From positions 2,080,001 to 2,144,000 of the forward strand of contig CAWFSF010000006.1 of assembly GCA_963818475.1 (NCBI GenBank): DNA of 64,000 nucleotides. Reading direction: 5' to 3'. The notes beneath the pieces were generated by a model. The model saw only the letters and a list, made by a program, of their open reading frames with translations. It did not search any database and was not told where the DNA came from. A program made the translations under genes and the position numbers. The stretch is from Nitrospirota bacterium (lineage in GTDB: Bacteria; Nitrospirota; UBA9217). Shown here one piece after another: positions 51,871-63,227 of the stretch. Position 1 is the stretch's first letter. Every line of letters starts with the position of its first letter.

Positions 51871-54556
51871 TTACTTGGTCCCCGAACCGCCGATGCCTTT
51901 TTCCTTGAGCTTGGCATGTGCAGCCGCAAGCCGGGCGATCGGCACCCGGTAGGGGGAGCAGCTTACGTAGTTGAGCCCGCTCCGGTAGCAGAACTCCACG
52001 CTTGCCGGGTCGCCGCCGTGCTCGCCGCAGATGCCGACCTTGAGGTTCGGCCTGGTGCCGCGGCCTTTGGCCACGCCGATCTTCACGAGCTGGCCCACGC
52101 CCTCCTGGTCCAGGGTCTGGAAGGGGTCCTTCTCCAGGATGCCGTTCTCGGTGTAGTAGTTGATGAACTTGCCCGCGTCGTCGCGGCTGAAGCCGAAGGT
52201 GGTCTGCGTCAGGTCGTTCGTGCCGAAGGAGAAGAACTCCGCCTCTTTGGCGATCTCGTCCGCGATCATGGCTGCGCGCGGCAGTTCGATCATGGTCCCG
52301 ACAAGATAGTTTATCTTCACGCCTTTTTTCTTCATGACCTCTTCAGCCGTTGCCTTGATGAGCTCCTTCTGGTTCTGCAGCTCCTTTTTGATGCCGACGA
52401 GCGGCACCATGATCTCGGGAACCACCTTTTTGCCCTTCTTCGCGAGCTCGCAGGCGGCCTCGATGATGGCCCGGGTCTGCATGCGCGTGATCTCGGGATA
52501 GACGATGCCGAGCCTGCAGCCGCGGTGGCCGAGCATGGGGTTCAGCTCATGCAGCTCCTCAACACGATGGAGAAGCTTCTCCTTCTTCGTGATGGACGCC
52601 TTGGGCGCCTTCTTCGCATGCATCACGGCTACCTCGCACATCAGTTCCTCGCGTTTGGGCAGGAATTCGTGGAGCGGCGGGTCGAGAAGACGGATCGTGA
52701 CCGGGAAGCCGGCCATGGTCTCGAAGAGGCCCTTGAAGTCGGAACGCTGCATGGGGAGGAGCTTTGCCAGCGCCTTCTCCCGGTCCTCGATATTGTCGGC
52801 CAGGATCATCTGCTGCACGATGGGCAGCCGGTCCGCGGCGAAGAACATGTGCTCCGTGCGGCAGAGCCCGATGCCTTCGGCGCCGAACTTCATGGCCATC
52901 ATGGCATCGCGCGGAATGTCGGCGTTGGCCCGGACGCCCATGGTGCGGATCTCATCGGCCCATTTCATGAGCGTTCCGAAATCGCCGCTCACTTCCGGCT
53001 CCATGGTCGGCACTTTGCCGAGGATGACGCGGCCCGTGCCGCCGTCGAGGGTGATGTGGTCGCCCAGTTTCACCGTGACCTTGCCGACGGTGAACTTTTC
53101 CGCTTTCAGGTCGACCCGGATCGATTCGCAGCCGGCCACGCAGGGCTTGCCCATGCCGCGGGCAACGACGGCAGCGTGAGAGGTCATGCCGCCGCGCGCC
53201 GTCAGGATGCCCTGTGCCGCATCCATGCCGTGAATATCGTCAGGCGTGGTCTCGGGCCGGACGAGGATGACCTTGCCGTTCTTTGCAAGCCTGACCGCTT
53301 CATCGGCGGTGAAAACCACCTTGCCCGATGCGGCGCCGGGCGATGCCGGAAGGCCCTTGGCAATGACCTGGATCTTCGCCTTGGGATCGATGATGGGATG
53401 GAGCAGCTGATCCAGCGAGGCCGGCTCAACGCGAAGCACCGCTTCCTCCCGGGAGATAAGCCGCTCCCCTACCATGTCCACCGCGATCTTGACCGCGGCG
53501 TGGGCCGTGCGCTTGCCCGTGCGGGTCTGGAGCATGTAGAGCGTGCCGTCCTGCACCGTGAACTCGAAATCCTGCACATCGCGGTAATGCTTCTCGAGCT
53601 TGGTCGTGATCTCGCGGAGCTGCTTGTACACCTGCGGCATTTCCTTGGCCAGCTCGGAGATCGGGTGCGGCGTGCGGATGCCTGCCACGACGTCCTCACC
53701 CTGGGCGTTCGTCAGGTACTCTCCGTAGAATTCCTTGGCGCCGGTCGAAGGATCGCGGGTGAAGCCCACGCCGGTGGCCGAGGTATCGCCCATGTTGCCG
53801 AAGACCATGGCCTGGACGTTCACGGCGGTCCCGAGATTGCCGGGAATGTCGTTCAGCCTGCGGTAGGTGATGGCGCGGGGGTTGTTCCAGGAACCGAAGA
53901 CCGCATCGCGCGCCATGGTGAGCTGCTCAAAAGGGTCCTGCGGAAAGGGCCGCTTCGTTATCTGTTTTACCTTGACCTTGAACTTGTCGACGAGCCCCTT
54001 CAGGTCCTCGGCCGTGAGATCGATATCGAGGTTTACCTTCCGTCTTTTTCTTCACCTCGTGGATGATGTGCTCGAACACGTCCTTTTCGATGCCCATGAC
54101 CACGTTGCCGAACATCTGGATGAACCGGCGATAGGCGTCCCAGGCAAAGCGCTCGTTGTCGGACATGCGGATCAGGCCGTCGATGGTCTGGTCGTTCAAG
54201 CCCAGGTTCAAAACCGTGTCCATCATGCCGGGCATGGAGAACTTGGAGCCCGAACGGACCGAGACGAGCAGCGGACGGCTCGCGTCGCCGAACTTGAACC
54301 TGCCGCCCAGCGCGTCCTCGACCTTCTTCATGTACACCCGCATATCGGAGTCAAGACCTTCCGGCACGCGTTTGCCGAGATCATAGAACAGGTTGCAGAC
54401 CGCGGTCGTGATGGTGAACCCTGGAGGGACCGGAACGCCCGCATTCGTCATCTCGGCCAGGCCCGCTCCCTTGCCTCCGAGCAGGTCCTTCATCGCCCCC
54501 GTGCCGTCAGCCTTGCCGCTGCCGAAAAAATAAATGTATTTCTCCCCCGTAGCCAT
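51871..54556 (-). CDS. ppdK: Pyruvate phosphate dikinase (frameshift ~54046)
   Basis: LLGGKGAGL, SMPGMMDT, GGMTSHAAVVAR, GICGEHGG. Confidence 0.96.
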
Positions 54557-54667
54557 ATGACCATACCTCCTGGAAAATTTTTAATGCACCGAGTATTCAG
54601 AAGCCAGGAACCGGAGTTCAAGAGACTTGTCTCTCGGCGAACCCGGTCGGCTGACTTCTGGAATCTG

Positions 54668-56753
54668 TTATGTCGTCTCTTCGGAACTCAGGACCAGGCG
54701 CGAAAAATCCGCGATCTGTGAAAAAAGCCCGGTAATGCCGGCAAGCAGCGCCAGGCGGTTCTCCTTCACGGCAGCATCCTTGTCCATCACCATGACCTTG
54801 TCGAAAAAGGCGTCCACCGGTTTCCGCAGCGACGCAATATCCGCCAGAGCGCCGCGAAAATCGAGCGTTGCTGTTTTATCGGCGACCCGGTCCTTGATCT
54901 GTACATACGAGGCGTAGAGCGTTTTTTCCTCGTCCTGCTTCAGCAATCCGTCGTTCACGACGCCGGAAAAGCCTTTCGGCACGATGTTCCCGGCCCGTTT
55001 GAGCGCCGTTACGAGGGGCCGGTAATCCTCGGAGGTCCTCCAGAGATCGAGCGCCCTGACCTTCTCTTTCGCGATCAAGGGGTCGTCGAAATTCACGGAG
55101 AGCGCGGCATCCACCACATCGGACCGCAGCCCTTCGCTGATCAGCATGCCGGCAAGGCGCTGACGCATAAAATCGAGCGTTTCCGACTGCACCCGCAGCG
55201 CATCCTCTTTTTTCAGCCCCAGTCCCGTGCATGCCCCGGCGATGAGCGCGGACAGGGACAGCCGTTTGTTCCGGTCGAACAGTATGCTCAGGATGGCGAC
55301 GGACTGCCGGCGAAGCCCGTAGGGGTCTTCCGATCCGCTCGGCACGAGACCGACGGAAAAGCAGCCCGTAATGGTGTCGATCCGGTCGGCGATCCCGACG
55401 CAGGCGCCTTCGAGCGACGCCGGAAGCGTGTCGCCGGCAAAGCGGGGCTGATAGTGCTCCAGGATCGCATCGGCGACCCGGGGGCCTTCACCGGAAAGGA
55501 GCGCATAGTGCCTGCCCATGACGCCCTGCAGCTTCGGGAACTCGCCTACGATGCCGGTGAGCAGATCGGCCTTGCACAGATGAGCGGCGCGCTCAGCTAC
55601 CTTCGCATCAGCGCCCAGGGTACGCGGCAAGCGAGACTGACAGTTTCTTAACGCGCTCCAGTTTATCGTGGACCGTGCCGAGCTTTTCCTGGTACGTGAC
55701 CTTTTTGAGGCCCTCGACCCGGTCGGCAAGCGGGATCTTTACGTCGTGATCAAAGAAATAGGCGGCATCGGACAACCGCGCCGTGAGCACCCGCTCGTTC
55801 CCTGCGCGCACAACGTCCATGTCCTCGGCCCGGGTGTTGCTGATCGTAATGAAATGGGGGAGCAGGTTCCCCTGCTGGTCAACAACGCTGAAGTAGCGCT
55901 GGTGCTCCCGCATGGCCGTGATCAGCACTTCCTTCGGGACCCGCAGGAACTCCTTGTTGAACGAGCCCATGACCGGCACGGGATATTCCACGAGGTTCGA
56001 GACCTCATCGACAAGGCCCTGGTCGTCAAGCACCCTGCCGTTCTTTGCGAGAGCCAGCTCTTCAGTCTGTTTCACGATCCGCTGTTTTCGAACCGCAGGA
56101 TCGATCACAAAGAAGTTGGGCTCAGCCTGGGCCTGGTAGGACTTCAGGTCCTTGACCAGGAAGGCGCCGGGACTCATGAACCGGTGGCCGCGGGAAAGGT
56201 TGCCGCTCTTGATGCCGCCCAGTTCAAAGGGGATGACCGTACCGCCATAGAGCGCCAGGATCCAGTGGATCGGCCGCGCGAACCGGATGTCCTTGTCCAT
56301 CCACCGCATGGTCTTCGGGAACGGGATCGACAGAATGAAACCCGGCATCACCTGCCGGAGCCATTCAGCGGTATCGCCGCCTGCTTCGTCGATCCGGACA
56401 GCCACGTACTCGCCCTTGTCGGTCTGCTTGATCGTCAGTTTTTCGACCGCGACACCGTTCTTTTCAGCAAAGACCAGGGCTGCTTTTGTAGGTTTCCCGT
56501 CGGCATCGAAGGCGATCTTCTTCGGCGGCCCCACGACCTCTTTCGAGAGGTCCTGCTGCCGCTCGGCAAGCTGCGGGACCGCGAGGATCAGCCGCCGCGG
56601 CGTGCCATAGGCCTGCAGGCTGCCGCCGTCGATCGTCACGCGGCCGCCGGCCAGGAGCGCTGTAAAAAGCTCCTTCATTTTCTCCAGTGCCGGATTGATG
56701 AACCGGGAAGGGATCTCCTCGGTGCCGATCTCTAATAGAAATTCTTTAGACAA
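54668..56753 (-). CDS. glyS: Glycyl-tRNA synthetase beta subunit (frameshift ~55620)
   Basis: LLEIGTEEIP, TPRRL, HQRYF, EFPKLQG, GSEDPYGLRR, NRLALL. Confidence 0.96.
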
Positions 56754-56778
56754 AAAACACTCCTAATGCTTTTGATTC

Positions 56779-57684
56779 TTACCTTCTGACCCTGACCCCT
56801 GGACCCCTGGACCCTATTTCTTCAAGCATCGGGAAGCCCTTTTCCTCGCGCATGGCCAGGTAGGCATGGGCGCAGAGCCGGGCAAGCTTCCTGACCCGCC
56901 CGATATAGCCCGTCCGTTCGGTCACGCTGATCGCGCCTGCGGCATCGAGCAGGTTGAACGTGTGCGAGCATTTAAGGCAGTAATCGTATGCCGGCAGCAC
57001 AACACCCGCTTTCACGAGCTTTTCGCTTTCCCGTTCATAGGCCTCGAACTGCCGGAAAAGCATGTCCCGGTCGGACAGCTCAAAATTATATTTTGAGAAC
57101 TGGACCTCGGACTCGTGATGGACATCGCCGTACTTGACGCCTTTGGTCCATTCGAGGTCATACACGTTGTTCACGCCCTGAAGGTACATGGCGAGCCGCT
57201 CCACGCCGTAGGTGATTTCGGCTGAAACAGGCTTCAGATCGATGCCGCCCACCTGCTGAAAATAGGTGAACTGGGTGACCTCCATGCCGTTCAGCCAGAC
57301 CTCCCAGCCCAGTCCCCAGGCGCCGAGGGTCGGCGACTCCCAGTCGTCCTCCACAAAGCGGATATCGTGCTTCAAAGGATTGATGCCGAGGCTCACGAGA
57401 CTGTCGAGGTAGAGGTCCTGAACGTTTTCCGGATGGGGTTTCAGAATGACCTGGAACTGATAGTAGTGCTGCAGCCGGTTGGGATTTTCGCCGTAACGGC
57501 CGTCCGTCGGCCTGCGCGACGGCTGAACATATGCCGCTTTCCACGGTTCAGGCCCCAGGACCCGCAAAAATGTTGCAGGGTGGAACGTTCCCGCCCCGAC
57601 CTCGGTATCATACGGTTGATGGATAACGCAGCCCCTGGAGGCCCAGAAGTTCTGCAAGGTGAGTATAAGATCCTGAAATGTCAA
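56779..57684 (-). CDS. glyQ: Glycyl-tRNA synthetase alpha subunit
   Basis: [28 protein letters not shown]. Confidence 0.98.
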   Translation of the reverse strand: MTFQDLILTLQNFWASRGCVIHQPYDTEVGAGTFHPATFLRVLGPEPWKAAYVQPSRRPTDGRYGENPNRLQHYYQFQVILKPHPENVQDLYLDSLVSLGINPLKHDIRFVEDDWESPTLGAWGLGWEVWLNGMEVTQFTYFQQVGGIDLKPVSAEITYGVERLAMYLQGVNNVYDLEWTKGVKYGDVHHESEVQFSKYNFELSDRDMLFRQFEAYERESEKLVKAGVVLPAYDYCLKCSHTFNLLDAAGAISVTERTGYIGRVRKLARLCAHAYLAMREEKGFPMLEEIGSRGPGVRVRR

Positions 57685-57830
57685 CGATTGCCCCTGCCTG
57701 AAAAATCATGGAAAGATAGATAAATAGAGTGCCATTATACAAAAAAACCTTATGTTGTCAAGAAAATATCGGCGTTTTGACCAGTATTATCCTTGTCAGA
57801 CGCTGATATCGAAACAGTTATTTAATTTTA

Positions 57831-58425
57831 TTATGAGATGATTGCCGCAGTTGCCTGGACTTGCAGCCGCTCGTAAAGCAGGCTGAAAAGCATGGCGACC
57901 GCGCTGCCGAGTGCTGCGCCGACGATCACATCAGAAGGATAATGGACGCCGAGATAGACCCGGGAAAAGGCAACAGCCGCAGCCAGCACCAGGGGATAGC
58001 ATCTGGCAAGGATTGGGACGAAATACCGGGGAAGGTAAAAAAGCGTTGTTGCAGCTGCAAAGGATGAGATGGCATGGCCTGATGGCATGGAAAAACTGTG
58101 AGGGCAGCGGACCAGAAACCGGATTCCCTGAACAGCCTGGCAGGGCCGGATCCGTCCGAAAACAGGTTTCAGCAGATCAGCAAGCAAATCTGCCATGAAG
58201 AAGGAGCAGATCGAGATCAGCACGATCAGGAACGCCTGTTTTAATGACGTGGTCTCAGTGCCTGCGCCACAGGACCATCCCCGGATAAGCATATAGAGCA
58301 GGTACGGAACGAACAGGAGATAGCCGAAATCGGAGAGCGATATCATGACGGCATCGAGACTGGGATTGGCAAGGACCGTTGTTGATGAGGAGCAGGAGCT
58401 GCGTGTCGAGATCTTCAAGACTCAT
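57831..58425 (-). CDS. PAP2-family phosphatase (N-terminal frameshift)
   Basis: KPVFGRIRP, PSGHA, SRVYLGVHYPSDV. Confidence 0.9.
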
Positions 58426-58450
58426 CATTGACTGGCCGGCAGCACCGGTG

Positions 58451-60656
58451 CTAAACCTGCCACATCATGGCCTCAAAATCGTCGGTCGGCACCTTGAACT
58501 GGATGAATCCCCGGTAGGGCCATTTTTCGATCTCGGAGCCGTCCCGTTCGACCGTGATAAAAAGCTGCACCTCGTCATTGGGCATGACGCCGAGCAGTTC
58601 GAAAGGCACGGCAAGCTCAATGATCTCGTAGGCTGCCACCGTATTGATCAGGGCAGCCTGTTTCCGCACACTGTTCTCACCGCGAAACAGCGTTGCGCTT
58701 ACCCGCCGTTCCCGGGGCACGATACGCATTTCGATGTCCATACCCTTGGGGCTGAGAAAATTGACATAGAAGGCGAGTTCGGATACTTTTTCGTCGCGGA
58801 GGTTCCCGCTCGGGTCGAGCCGCAGGAACAGGTTCTTCAGGTCGAATCCGTAATAAATATGCGTGATAATGGAGTCCCCGCGGTGCATGGCGCCCCCGCT
58901 CTGGCTCACGTCGTAGAACCCGGCAGGCAGCCATTCGAAGTAGTTCGTCACCCGCCCGTCGATGGTCGGCGCAAGGAACGCCGTCAATTGCACCGTCGGA
59001 AGCGCCTGCCGGTCCTCGCGCAGGATGGGCACATACAGTTCATCGGGAATATCGAGGCCGATAATGCGGTAGACGTTCATCAGGTGTGTTCTGAACAGAA
59101 GGTCGAACTCTTTGTCATTCTCCGAAAAATGGTCGTCCCCGTACCACCAGCACCAGTCGCTTCCCTCGGCAATATAGATCTCTTCCCAGGCTTTCTCAAG
59201 GCGGGCAGGCTCACCCCCCCGTGACGCATACTCGCTCAGGGCATCACGCGTCTGTGACAGCAGGTCCCAGGCACGGTTGTCCTCCTCGTGCCCGATCCAG
59301 ATCCGGAAATTCTCATTGATCCACGAGCCTGCATGGAGCCGCTCGATCTGCTCCTGCGCGGGGTTCTCCTTCAGGTATTCGCCGACGCTCACGCACCGGA
59401 GCCCCTGCTCGCGGCTGAGCCGTTCGTAGAGGTACAGGAAAAAGTCGCGGCCGTCGTTCTGGTAATACTCCCAGGCATTCTCGCCATCGAGGATGATCGA
59501 AGCCAGGTGCGGTCCTTTCGGCAGGCTGCGCCGGACGCGGTGCAGCCGGTCGATAAGATCGTGAACAGCGTTCTTGTAGTCCCACTTGGAGTAGACAAAG
59601 CCGACGAGGTCCGAAAGCGTATGGTCGCGGAACACCACCGAAACACGGTTGGCCCCCTTGCCCGCCAGATAGGGTTTGTAGAGCATCGCGGGGTTCTTCA
59701 TGATGCCGGCAAAATCCCGCTCGATATGGGTCCCGAGCGAGCGGGCCAGCACTCCCTCATCAGTGCCGATCCACGTGATCCCCGCTCCGGCCAGCATGGG
59801 GAGGACCTCTTCTGCGACCGAACCCTCGGCAGGCCACATGCCTGTCGGCCGGCTGCCGAACAGCTGCTCGTGGAACTTGATCGCACGGTCAACCTGGATC
59901 TGTGCGTCTTCGGGATGCATGAACCGCTTAGACGGCAGATGGATGTCGGGGATGGCCACCTTCGCCAGGTCCGTATCGCACAGGAGCGGCAGGATCGGGT
60001 GGTAAAAGGGCGTGGTGGTCAGTTCGATCCTGCCCTGCTGGGCGAGACGCCGGTACTCGGGGATGATGAGCCCCATCACCTCGCGCTGTTTCTGGAGCAG
60101 CAGCACTTTCTCCTGCTCCGTGAAGCTGGCATCCCTTTTCGATCAGGCCTTTGACCAGCGGGTCCGTCTGCTTGAACAGGGGATCGAACCAGGTAAGATT
60201 GAACCAGACCTGCAGGTCGAGATAATCCTGATCGGTAAAATAGCGCGTCGCGTTCAGCAGGTCGTCGTGGGATACGCTGAAACCCCGCCGGTCGAGCAGG
60301 CGCCAGTAGCCGGGATAGGGTTTGATCATCGTATCCCAGTTCGCCATGAACGAGTTCTTGAGCAGAAAGAGCTTATCTTCGAGCGCAAGAGCGGACGCCG
60401 GTTTCAGCGCGACCGTGAGAAACGCGTCGGTCGCGCCGTTGCCGACATAGTCGTTGATCTGCTTCAGAAGGGACGGCACAAGGTTGAAGGTCTGATGGAT
60501 GTCCGGAAAATCGGTCAGCAGCGCCGGCATATCATAATAATCCTTGATGCCGTGCATGCGGACCCAGGGAAGGATATAAGATCCCGTAAGGTCGTCCTTA
60601 TAGTACGGCTGGTGCATGTGCCATACAAAGGCTATGGAAAGAGGGTGATCGGACAT
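58451..60656 (-). CDS. Glycoside hydrolase family 57, amylopullulanase-like (frameshift ~60135)
   Basis: WHMHQP, HPILPLL, WPAEG, LDGENAW, AEGSDWCWW. Confidence 0.93.
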
Positions 60657-60779
60657 GACACAGGGATGAGCAGCCCTTTCTCCGACGCGGGTCCGGCGGA
60701 GCGAATAAAACCTGACCAGCCTGACCGGCTTGTGATTTTTTTCAGCACTGCGTGATTGAACAAGTGCGGTCGGGAGGGC

Positions 60780-61108
60780 TCAGGGCTCGCCGTAATAGTA
60801 CACAATCTCACCCGGCCGTGCAAGCCCCAATTTATCCCTGGCGATCCGTTCCATATAGGCGGCATCGGTCTTCAGGGAATGCACTTCCCGGGACAATTGA
60901 ACATTAGCCTGGCGCAATGCCGACATTTCCTCGTTGACGGCACTGTATTGGTGCTTCATGCGGTAATACTTCACTACTCCCATGTCGCCGAAGATGAATG
61001 AAACCAGCAGATAGATGCCGAGCAGGACGCCTGACGCTATGACCAGCCGCTTCCTGAACGGTGATTTGGAACTGACGCTCAGCCTTCACATAGTTTCGCT
61101 TCGACCAT
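60780..61108 (-). CDS. ftsB: Septum formation initiator FtsB/DivIC (5' end frameshifted, start uncertain)
   Basis: TM helix, FGDMG, coiled coil, ERIARDKLGLARPGE. Confidence 0.85.
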
Positions 61109-61314
61109 AAGAACTCCCCGGCATCATGCAAGGCGCCGTGCACCGATAAGAACAGGGCAGGAAGGATACGCTCGTACTGTGCGATAAGGATATTGTAGAG
61201 CAATTCAGAACGTGATGCAGTAAATAAATCGAGCGAAAAAACAAAACCACGAAGATGCTCTTCGTGGTAGAGTTGCAGTGCATATCAACAAGCAGCTGTC
61301 ATGGTTTTCAACGG

Positions 61315-61371
61315 TTATTTCTTTTTTGCGGCTTTCTTGGCCTTCTTGGCCGGGGCTTTCTTTGCTGGCAT
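61315..61371 (-). CDS. 18-aa Lys/Ala-rich peptide MPAKKAPAKKAKKAAKKK
   Basis: AAGGGGGTGA SD; clean ATG..TAA; paralog of next peptide. Confidence 0.7.
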   Translation of the reverse strand: MPAKKAPAKKAKKAAKKK

Positions 61372-61535
61372 GGTGTTCATCACCCCCTTCCGGTCAAAAC
61401 GTTATGCTCATGAGCGTTAACGAACTTCCTGGTAAAGAATGATGATATGATAACCGTACACGCAAACTAAGGATGAAATACGCCGGGGGCACGAGGCCCC
61501 CGGCGGGCCCCCCATATGGGGACATTTTATAAAAA

Positions 61536-61604
61536 CTACTTTTTCTTTTTGGTGGCCTTCTTCTTGGTTGCTTTCTTCTTTGCTGCTTTCTTTTTTGCCG
61601 GCAT
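61536..61604 (-). CDS. 22-aa Lys-rich peptide MPAKKKAAKKKATKKKATKKKK
   Basis: AAAGGGGGTG SD; clean ATG..TAG; GC hairpin downstream at 61481-61505. Confidence 0.7.
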   Translation of the reverse strand: MPAKKKAAKKKATKKKATKKKK

Positions 61605-61649
61605 TATATGTCCACCCCCTTTCGGCTACCGCGTATAAGCTATGCGGCG

Positions 61650-62120
61650 TTATCTTGAAACAAGCTGTGGTACGTCGTTCAGCAGCGACATCTGCGAGTA
61701 TTTTTCCCTGATCCTGCCGCTGACGAGCCCGAAGAACTCTTCCGCATCCTTGATCGCCTGGCCGGCCTCGTACTTCGATATCACCCTGCTCGACTCTTCC
61801 ATAAAGTTCTGATATTTACGACGCATGCGGTCGAACTTGTTGATCAGGCTTTTGTACTGCTCTCCCAGAATAACACCCACCGCCGTTACGATGGTCTTCT
61901 GGATATCCCTGCCCCGGACGCCTTTCGGCCGGTACCCCTCGGAAAGTATCAGTGCCCGTGCAGACCGGGCCATCGCGAGATAGGCCGCTGCAAAGGCCCA
62001 TTCCTCATCTTTTTCCTGGAGCAGTCTGCTGGTTGCCAGATCGCGCTCGGCCCTCGTTATCAGGCCGATGACCTCGACGGTCTCGGTGACCCGCTCCTCC
62101 AGCATCCCCATGTCCTGCAA
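61650..62120 (-). CDS. HEPN-domain protein with degenerate active site (true start may be ~62136)
   Basis: AERDL..WAFAAAYLAM..ARAL..GYRP..FDRMRRK..A..AEEF pattern; downstream of MNT. Confidence 0.8.
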   Translation of the reverse strand: MQDMGMLEERVTETVEVIGLITRAERDLATSRLLQEKDEEWAFAAAYLAMARSARALILSEGYRPKGVRGRDIQKTIVTAVGVILGEQYKSLINKFDRMRRKYQNFMEESSRVISKYEAGQAIKDAEEFFGLVSGRIREKYSQMSLLNDVPQLVSR

Positions 62121-62125
62121 GTTCT

Positions 62126-62692
62126 TTATAGTCCATCTTCCCTGCCTACCAGGAATATCTTTTTGCTTTTCACGATCTCCCGGATAAAGGGATCTTTTGC
62201 ATCCTTGCGCTTCCGGTATTCCTGCTCATCGAAGACCAGATAATCGATCTCGCGCTTCAGTTTTTCTTCCAGCGTCATCACCATGTCGTTCAACTCGGTG
62301 ATATTGACCTGGCCGATCACCATGATGTTGATGTTGCTGTCCTCTTTTTCAGACCCCTTTGCGTAGGACCCGTAGATGAACGCGAGCTGCACACCCTTGA
62401 GCCTGGACAGCGTCGCCTTGATGGATCCCTGAATTCCCGTGGTCTTAAAGATCAGACCCTTCATCTCGGAGAAGATCGGGGAGTTCTTGTCAGCGTAATA
62501 ATACTTCTGTACACCACGCTGCTCTTTTGCCAGGAGCCCTATCTTCACCAGCGTGTCCAGTTCCCGCTTGATCCCTGCGGCATCCTTGTTGATGTGACGC
62601 GCTATCTCCCGCAGGTAGAACTTATTATCCGGATTGTTAAAGAACAGACTTAAAAGCTCCGCTCTTGTAGAAGAGAAGAGTTTCGTAAGCAA
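62126..62692 (-). CDS. Winged-HTH plus minimal nucleotidyltransferase-like protein (DxD replaced by NxN)
   Basis: TTG start after GAGGTGA; LFSSTRAELL..FYLREIAR..RELDTL; IYGSYAKG..SNINIMVIG..LKREI. Confidence 0.88.
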   Translation of the reverse strand: MLTKLFSSTRAELLSLFFNNPDNKFYLREIARHINKDAAGIKRELDTLVKIGLLAKEQRGVQKYYYADKNSPIFSEMKGLIFKTTGIQGSIKATLSRLKGVQLAFIYGSYAKGSEKEDSNINIMVIGQVNITELNDMVMTLEEKLKREIDYLVFDEQEYRKRKDAKDPFIREIVKSKKIFLVGREDGL

Positions 62693-62705
62693 TTCACTCA
62701 CCTCA

Positions 62706-62745
62706 TGTGGACAAATATACAACAAGAGTGTACCTTTTGTCAACA
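62706..62745 (-). promoter_or_regulatory. sigma70 promoter inside an inverted repeat (putative operator)
   Basis: TTGACA-18-TATATT on minus; arms TGTGGACAAA / TTTGTCAACA with inner TACA/TGTA. Confidence 0.55.
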
Positions 62746-63227
62746 AGAAAAATATAAAAATTATATTTCCGTATGTTAGACAATTTATCAACAGCCAATA
62801 ACATTCCAATTAAATTTGGTACCAATATTTTATGTAATTTTGCCGCCATACCATATTTTGTGGCTCCCATCCCAAGGCATACTAGGGGGCGGATTAAGTC
62901 GCGAATTTGCGTAAAATAATTATTATGGGAGCGTAACGGTCCGATATGTCCGTAAAAATGACCGCATGGACAGCGCCGTTTATAAGCAGGCCGACACAGC
63001 ACAGCCTCTTCACCTGTTTCGCGAAAATATAATGCAGACGCTGCGATAATCCAACGAAGAGCTCTCACCTGCTCTCTCTGTTTCTCCGTCTGTTGACGAG
63101 AAGGCGAGCATCCAACTACAGACTGCATCACGTTCTGCGATTTTTCTTTCGACATCTCCGCCTCGTAATGGTATACTGCGGCCTCAATATCCGTTGACAA
63201 AATGTCCTCCACCATGATCGGAGATGT

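Noticed and set aside
51916-54066. 716-aa plus-strand ORF, and similar long ORFs at 41444..42922, 28369..29622, 55668..56735, 63243..63920
   Set aside because: Antisense shadows of well-supported genes in GC-rich DNA; no recognisable motifs
49990-56753. ribD, ppdK and glyS as pseudogenes
   Set aside because: All motifs intact, single-base indels only, and glyS is normally essential
62703-63215. 170-aa minus-strand ORF upstream of the MNT gene
   Set aside because: Runs through AT-rich promoter DNA; no RBS or motifs
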